The notes under the pieces are model-generated. The model saw only the letters and a program-made list of their open reading frames with translations. It was not told the origin of the DNA and did no database searches. A stretch of 10,324 nt of DNA from assembly GCA_008080735.1 (NCBI GenBank), contig SHMW01000027.1, forward strand, positions 35,250 to 45,573, in the 5' to 3' direction. Origin of the DNA: Promethearchaeota archaeon. Lineage in GTDB: Archaea; Asgardarchaeota; Lokiarchaeia; Sigyniarchaeales; SOKP01. Shown in pieces: positions 1-5,580 of the stretch. Position 1 is the first letter of the stretch, and each line of letters begins with the position of its first letter. The position numbers were made by a program, and so were the translations under genes.

Positions 1-2
1 CC

Positions 3-446
3 AAGAAAGCAGGTGCTAAGGTAATTAATAATCCTACGAATCTTGGACTTGGTTATTCCTTTAAGAGAGGATTATTAGAAGGTCTAAAAAGAAAAGGAGA
101 CTTAATTGCACATTATGAATACGAGGAAAGAATATTAAAGAAGCTTGGAAACTATCTCCTTTCATTTTTCATTTCAAAAATCCTACTGCACCAAAATGAG
201 TTATATGATTCACAATCTTCTTTTCGAGCCTTTGATATTAATCTTGGTAGATTTTTAATAAAGAATCTAAAATCAGACTATAATTATGCTCAAGAGATGT
301 TAATATTAGCAAAAATGAACAATTTTAGAATAGATCAAATTCCAATTAAATGCTATAAGAGAAAAAGTGGTGACTCTAAACTTATAAATAATGTGTTCTC
401 TCATCTTGGAAAAATTCTTTGGAGTAGTATTATATCTATTCGATAA
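3..446 (+). CDS. GT2-family glycosyltransferase (DPM1/dolichol-phosphate mannose synthase-like), 5'-partial; DxD segment apparently missing
   Basis: Not in the ORF track; translated by hand in frame 3: KKAGAKVINNPTNLGLGYSFKRGLLEGLKRKGDLIAHYEYEERILKKLGNYLLSFFISKILLHQNELYDSQSSFRAF...EMLILAKMNNFRIDQIPIKCYKRKSGDSKL...SIR*, with stop TAA at 444-446. It matches DPM1-like motifs NxGxG, GN, DSQSxFRA, E-M-L, IPI..R..G.SK. Confidence 0.85.
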   Translation, partial: KKAGAKVINNPTNLGLGYSFKRGLLEGLKRKGDLIAHYEYEERILKKLGNYLLSFFISKILLHQNELYDSQSSFRAFDINLGRFLIKNLKSDYNYAQEMLILAKMNNFRIDQIPIKCYKRKSGDSKLINNVFSHLGKILWSSIISIR

Positions 447-459
447 AATTTTTGAATTC

Positions 460-1113
460 CTATTTATCCTCGATTCCTAATTGAGAGATCATTTCTTTTT
501 TCATTTCCTCAACATTTTTGGGTAAGCTGAAAGTTTCAGCATATTTCTCAGTTGTTGTTAGTTCAGAAGTGCGACCCTTTTTTACAGAATTAATAAATCC
601 GTTATCTTCTAAGTATTGTACATGTTCATAGGCACCACTTCCTCGTATTTTAACAAGTGTAGATTTTAAAATGGGTTGTTTCAATGCAATAATAGTAAGC
701 GTGCGTAAATATTTTTCTGCCATCCCCCCACCCTCTGCGAATTGGGAAATCGGATCTGTGTATTCACTTTTTATCTGCATTTGATATTTATCTCCTATAT
801 TTATTATAGTGAGAGCTGTGGTTCTTTTATTATATTCTTCAACTAATTCATCCATATATTTTTGGACATCAGATTTAGAAATATCCAGTCTTGTATATAA
901 TTCTTCAACGGTTAGTGGTTCTCCGGAAGCATATAGCGCGCCTTCTATAAGATTTCTTTGATATACTTCAATATCAATGTCGATATTTGCCTCTTCTTCA
1001 GTATCCTTACTGGATTCGAAGAGGTCTTGAGTCGCTATTAATTTATCATTTTGGGTATTGTCAAGATTTTGATCGAGTTCCTTTTTTAGCTCTTCTTTTT
1101 CATTATTTGACAT
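460..1113 (-). CDS. scpB: Segregation and condensation protein B (KITE subunit, tandem winged-helix)
   Basis: ScpB motifs IEGALYASGEPLTVEEL, YQMQIK, LRTLTIIALKQPI, IRGSGAYEHVQYL..GFI, GRT..L.TTEKYAETF. It has a ~50-aa acidic N-terminal extension and lies directly downstream of scpA. Confidence 0.95.
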   Translation of the reverse strand: MSNNEKEELKKELDQNLDNTQNDKLIATQDLFESSKDTEEEANIDIDIEVYQRNLIEGALYASGEPLTVEELYTRLDISKSDVQKYMDELVEEYNKRTTALTIINIGDKYQMQIKSEYTDPISQFAEGGGMAEKYLRTLTIIALKQPILKSTLVKIRGSGAYEHVQYLEDNGFINSVKKGRTSELTTTEKYAETFSLPKNVEEMKKEMISQLGIEDK

Positions 1114-1154
1114 CTTTTACGAGACTTAAGGTTTTATTAAAAAATTTACTAAGA

Positions 1155-2159
1155 TCATGCTATTGATATGTTTATATCTTTGAATTCGTCATCTTGATTT
1201 AGTTTAATTCTATTGTTCGTGCTCAAAAACATCAAAGCTAAAAACATTCGTATAAATTCGTACTTTCTTCCTAAAATGCTCTCTTCATCTTCATTAATTA
1301 GTTTGACCAAGTTATAAAATGAAGTTTTATCCTTATTTTCAAGTTTAATTTTCGTCTTGATTTTATTGAACCATGAATCGTGCAGTTCCTCTACTGATTG
1401 TTCTCTCCCGCTAATATGTTTGAGGAGCTCTTTTGGAAGGCTCGCATTAGACTTTTCTTCTTTACGCTGTTCTTTCTCTTTGTTCCGTTTTAAACGTCTC
1501 CGTTTTAATTTTTCCTTTTTTTGCATTGTTTCGATGATCGCAGCCCGCATTGCGTCATATAACTCATCTTTACTTGTCATTTTCATTTTCGGTTTTACTG
1601 GTTGGGAGAGGGTTTTCGGGATTTTTCTTCTGGTTCTTTTTCTCATTTCTTCTATCTTTTCTTGTTTCTGTATCTCCTCTTCTTGTTTTATAACGCTTGT
1701 GATTTTGTCATGATGTAAGGAAGCCGAAGTTTTTAAGGCAATGCCAGAAATTTTATAATTTATAAAATCCTCTCTTAGCATTTTATCAAAAAATTTATCA
1801 ACCAATGAAGATAAATCATAAAAGGCTACATCAGAATCTTTTGCTAAATCAATATTCAATAGGGTAGAGTATGGAGGTTTATGCCAGAATTTCAAATCTG
1901 TTTTATCTTTCCTAAAAAGAGGGCCTTTTTCATCCTCCTCTACCGCGCCCTCTCCAGCATTTAACTCTTCGTCTAAGACATCTTCTTTAGTTCGGTCGAC
2001 AAACTCAGGATGAGAAACTACTCCTTCTAATATTTCTATGATTTCATTTTTTTTGCTTCCAGACGGTAGTGAGATATTATTAGTTGAAGCAAAATCACGC
2101 AATTCATTAACTGTCCACTCCCTAAACTCATATTCTACTTCTTCATCCTTTTCTGACAT
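1155..2159 (-). CDS. scpA: ScpA-type kleisin with extra N-terminal Rho_N/SAP-like domain
   Basis: Kleisin N-domain-like block YDLSSLVDKFFDKM...INYKISGIALKTSASLHHDK. Central TSKDELYDAMRAAI resembles the archaeal ScpA T-x-x-EL-x-x-A block. C-terminal winged-helix signature FIRMFLALMFLSTNNRIKLNQDDEFKDINI. Adjacent to scpB and near smc. Confidence 0.88.
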   Translation of the reverse strand: MSEKDEEVEYEFREWTVNELRDFASTNNISLPSGSKKNEIIEILEGVVSHPEFVDRTKEDVLDEELNAGEGAVEEDEKGPLFRKDKTDLKFWHKPPYSTLLNIDLAKDSDVAFYDLSSLVDKFFDKMLREDFINYKISGIALKTSASLHHDKITSVIKQEEEIQKQEKIEEMRKRTRRKIPKTLSQPVKPKMKMTSKDELYDAMRAAIIETMQKKEKLKRRRLKRNKEKEQRKEEKSNASLPKELLKHISGREQSVEELHDSWFNKIKTKIKLENKDKTSFYNLVKLINEDEESILGRKYEFIRMFLALMFLSTNNRIKLNQDDEFKDINISIA

Positions 2160-2163
2160 ATAT

Positions 2164-2205
2164 TCACTCTCAAAGTTTATGCTTCACTGAGTCTCAGTAT
2201 AAAAA
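2164..2205 (-). promoter_or_regulatory. Putative scpAB promoter/RBS region (TATA-like TTTTATA, palindrome, SD-like GAGAGTGA)
   Basis: The minus strand reads TTTTTATA-CTGAGACTCAGT...GAGAGTGA-ATAT-ATG. The TATA-like element is at ~2198-2205, the inverted repeat at 2186-2198 and the SD-like element at 2164-2171. The AT-rich context makes the TATA call uncertain. Confidence 0.35.
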
Positions 2206-2243
2206 GTAATAATTATAGTTTATATTTTTGCTCCTTTTTAGTA

Positions 2244-2283
2244 TTAAAGATCTTTAAATATTTCTATTTGAAATAAAGGGGTG
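2244..2283 (+). promoter_or_regulatory. Putative promoter/RBS of the radical SAM gene (TTTAAATA box overlapped by a 14-bp palindrome; SD-like GGGGTG)
   Basis: TTTAAATA at 2253-2260 matches the archaeal TATA consensus, ~25 nt before the ATG at 2285. The perfect palindrome TTAAAGATCTTTAA spans 2244-2257. AGGGGTG lies just before the ATG. Confidence 0.45.
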
Positions 2284-2284
2284 T

Positions 2285-5200
2285 ATGATTAGTAATAAAA
2301 AAAAAGAGAAAAATAAACTCAAATCATTTAAGATTTTATATATTTATCCTTTTGAATCTTTTGGCAAGCCGAGCTTCTTGGTTAATTTTTTAAGAATCTC
2401 CAATTACTTGAATTCGAAAAAATCTAGTTTTACAAATGTTTCGATTAAAGAAGAATATTTAGATTTGAGATTTGAACACTTACCAAAATTTATTCCAGAA
2501 AATCTGTCTCTGTACAGAGATAAACTCAATAACCTATTATGTCAAACTAAAAAACAATTTAAATTTGATCTGGTCGCAATTTCTTGCTATAGCTCGTTTA
2601 ACTATTTAAATACATTGGAAGTGGCAAGTATGATTAAATATGAAATTGCTCCAGAGAGTATCATTGTTGTAGGCGGCGTACATGCCAGTATGAGACCTCA
2701 AGATTTCCAACCGGGCGGATTATCTCGCCTTATAGAGAAAGAATATCCGAAAAATACCACACCCTTCGATTTTTTAATTCAAGAAGAGGGTGAGATTTCA
2801 TTTTTTAAGTTAGTGAGAGATCTTATCAATAATAACATATCAATTCGAAATAGTGTCTATGAAGAATGTATTATCAGAGAAAGGGAAATAGTAAATAATC
2901 TGGATGAAATACCAATCATCAATCCCGAGCTTTATGAAAAATATCGAGAAACTCTTAAAATTCATGATAATTTTTATTTGGATTTTTCAAGAGGTTGTTT
3001 ATTCAGGTGTAATATATGTCCAACGTCACAAGACCATATGAAATCATACAAAAAAGTTCGCTATAAATCTATTGACCGATGCATTGAAGAATTAAAGGTG
3101 ATTAGAGACACTAAGTGGCTTGAAGTTAAATCCGTATACATTGTAGATTTAACCTTCTTACCTAAAAGGAGTAAGAGAAAGGAGTTTTATTTAAAACTGA
3201 ATAATTCAATAAATTCAGAAGGGCCATTACCTTTTAATCTTTATCTCAACGAGAGAATTGACCTATGTTGGGATGAGGATTTGATTTGGTATAAAAAGTT
3301 AAACATTATCCCTCTTATCGGCTTAGAAACGGGTTCAAAAACATTGTTGTGGAAGATGAATAAGATTCTGGGGAAAAATGATAACCAAAAAAAATTAAGA
3401 ATTGCAAGGTATTTAAAAAGGGCGGAACAAATTATAGTGAAATGTAATGAATTAGATTTAAAAGCTGTTTTCTATTATATGATGGGCGTTCCGGGAACAG
3501 ATAGCAAGATCTTTAAGGAAAACAGAGAATTCTTCCTAGAACCGAGATTTCAGGGTGAATCCTTGATCGAGAAATATGATATTAATTTAAGCATCTCAAA
3601 ATATATAGCCCTGTGTGGTTCAGAAATATATAAAAATGCTCATAAAAAATATAACGCGAAAGTTTATTGTAAGGAGTGGTGGAAACGGTTCCATAAATAC
3701 TCCCCATTTTTAGGAGCTTTAGTGGATCCAGAAGAACATTATTCATTGCTTAATTGCTTAAATCACGAATATGGTTTCATTAAACAATTATTTAAAGCTC
3801 AATTAAGAAGGAAAAATAAATTTTATTCCATACCGAAATTACTAATCCAAAAAAGAAATTTTGAATTGTTAAAAAAACTTTATAAGGAAATAGGTGGTGC
3901 TGAAGAGCTAGCAAAAAAAAGAAAAAATCCCATAAAAAAATCTATCAAAATACTATATATATATCCTTATGAATCGGTCGGGAAAAAGTTTTGCCTTCCC
4001 GGAATTGCCAGAATCTCAAGTTTTATTAATTCAAAGAAAGAGATAATAAACGCAAACATCGAGGCTGAGATTCTTGATCTGAAATATGAGCTATTGCCAG
4101 AATATATTCCCGAAAATCTAAGTGAATATAGAAAGAAGGTAAGAAAAATTTTAAAACATCTCAATGAGAAATTCAGATTCGATATTGTCCTGATTATGAA
4201 CTTCGATTCATTCAACTATACAAATACTCTGGAGGTAGGGAACATAATTAAACATAACGTAAATAAGAATGCGATTATTGTTGTTAATGGTTTTCATCCA
4301 ACAACTTGTCCTGAGGATTTTGAAATTAAAAATATTCCCGTGTACTTTAATAAAACTTATCCAGAAAATACAACCCCTTTCGATTTCATAATTTTAGAGG
4401 AGGGTGAAATTCCATTTTTAAACCTTGTCAAAAAATTTAGTAATAATGAACTTTCTGTAAGAAAATCTATTGAAGACCCATCAAAAGTGTTAGGTCCAAT
4501 GAATATTGATGATTTAGATGAAATCCCAATAATAAATTTAGAGATTTTTAAAAAATATGCTGATAAAATTCAAAATTTTTACGTAGAATTTAATCGTGGA
4601 TGTATGTTTAATTGTAACTATTGTTCACTTTCGGGTTATAATATTCCATCTTTAGGGAAAATGCGTTTCAAATCAATTAAGAAATCTATCGAAGAGCTTC
4701 GTATATTGAATGAGACAGATTGGTTAGATTTACAGCATGTATTTATTATTGATTTAGTGTTCTATCCAAATAGAAAAATGAGAGAACAATTTTTTGAAGG
4801 ATTAGAGCGTATGATCGAGGAGGTAGGTCCTCTTTCTTTTCAAATTTATGTAATGGATAGAGTAGATATATGCACTCCCTCAGATCTTGAAAAATACAAA
4901 CAATTAAATATAATTCCCCATATTGGACTTGAATCTGGTGCCAAGCAAAATCTTTTCAATATGAATAAGATTCTTGGAAAGAAAAATGAGAACTATAAAA
5001 AACGATTGGACCTATTTTTAGAAAAAACGATTATGCTTTTTGAAAAGATAAATCAATTGGATTTAGACGCTGTGTTTTTCTATTTAATAGGTCTCCCAGG
5101 AGAAAATGAAGAAATAATAAAAGAAAATTTTCGATTCTTTTTTAATCCCAAATACGATGGTAAATCTCTAATGGAAAAATACAAAATCAACCTCAGTATT

Positions 5201-5527
5201 TCAAAATATGCTGCGCTTCCTGGATCTTATTTCTATGAGCATTCTGAGGAGGATTTTGGAACTAAAATTCATTTTCCAGAGTGGTGGAAATATCTTCATA
5301 AATATAAAAAATATTTTCCAACAATCGTGGATCCAAGTGTAGATCTAAATTTAGTTGAGTCCTTAAGAAAAAACCATAAGTTAGTTAAGAAAATATACTA
5401 TTCTCAAAAGGATTTAAAGAATAGTTATTATACTCCAATCAAGGCTTTTATTCAGAAACATGGGGAGGAAAACATGATCGAAGTTTATGAAAAAAGAGAA
5501 TTGATTAAAAAGGAATTATTAAAATGA
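2285..5527 (+). CDS. Tandem (double) cobalamin-binding-domain radical SAM protein (class B rSAM-like), two complete modules
   Basis: Module 1: B12-binding-like FDLVAISCYSS...IIVVGGVHAS...EEGE, SRGCLFRCNIC (C238/242/245, nt 2996-3019), IGLETGS, YMMGVPG. Module 2: FDIVLIMN...IIVVNGFHPT...EEGE, NRGCMFNCNYC (C773/777/780, nt 4601-4624), IGLESGA, YLIGLPGE. The Cys motifs are offset by 535 aa. Confidence 0.9.
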   Translation: MISNKKKEKNKLKSFKILYIYPFESFGKPSFLVNFLRISNYLNSKKSSFTNVSIKEEYLDLRFEHLPKFIPENLSLYRDKLNNLLCQTKKQFKFDLVAISCYSSFNYLNTLEVASMIKYEIAPESIIVVGGVHASMRPQDFQPGGLSRLIEKEYPKNTTPFDFLIQEEGEISFFKLVRDLINNNISIRNSVYEECIIREREIVNNLDEIPIINPELYEKYRETLKIHDNFYLDFSRGCLFRCNICPTSQDHMKSYKKVRYKSIDRCIEELKVIRDTKWLEVKSVYIVDLTFLPKRSKRKEFYLKLNNSINSEGPLPFNLYLNERIDLCWDEDLIWYKKLNIIPLIGLETGSKTLLWKMNKILGKNDNQKKLRIARYLKRAEQIIVKCNELDLKAVFYYMMGVPGTDSKIFKENREFFLEPRFQGESLIEKYDINLSISKYIALCGSEIYKNAHKKYNAKVYCKEWWKRFHKYSPFLGALVDPEEHYSLLNCLNHEYGFIKQLFKAQLRRKNKFYSIPKLLIQKRNFELLKKLYKEIGGAEELAKKRKNPIKKSIKILYIYPYESVGKKFCLPGIARISSFINSKKEIINANIEAEILDLKYELLPEYIPENLSEYRKKVRKILKHLNEKFRFDIVLIMNFDSFNYTNTLEVGNIIKHNVNKNAIIVVNGFHPTTCPEDFEIKNIPVYFNKTYPENTTPFDFIILEEGEIPFLNLVKKFSNNELSVRKSIEDPSKVLGPMNIDDLDEIPIINLEIFKKYADKIQNFYVEFNRGCMFNCNYCSLSGYNIPSLGKMRFKSIKKSIEELRILNETDWLDLQHVFIIDLVFYPNRKMREQFFEGLERMIEEVGPLSFQIYVMDRVDICTPSDLEKYKQLNIIPHIGLESGAKQNLFNMNKILGKKNENYKKRLDLFLEKTIMLFEKINQLDLDAVFFYLIGLPGENEEIIKENFRFFFNPKYDGKSLMEKYKINLSISKYAALPGSYFYEHSEEDFGTKIHFPEWWKYLHKYKKYFPTIVDPSVDLNLVESLRKNHKLVKKIYYSQKDLKNSYYTPIKAFIQKHGEENMIEVYEKRELIKKELLK

Positions 5528-5580
5528 GCATTCAAAAGATTAGCTCGTTTTTTAATTAGGACGATAATAAATCAATTTTT

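Noticed and set aside
1357-1713. 118-aa + strand ORF
   Set aside because: Antisense shadow of the Lys/Glu-rich scpA. Its Phe/Ser/Leu-rich composition is what the reverse complement predicts.
3967-4215. 82-aa - strand ORF
   Set aside because: Antisense to the well-supported rSAM module 2, with no motif.
2230-5554. Target-site duplication or mobile element around the rSAM gene (GCTCCTTTTTA vs GCTCGTTTTTTA)
   Set aside because: The match is short, imperfect and low-complexity, with no terminal inverted repeats or recombinase.
5528-5580. Terminator between the convergent rSAM and smc genes
   Set aside because: Only short T-runs on the + strand, indistinguishable from AT-rich background.
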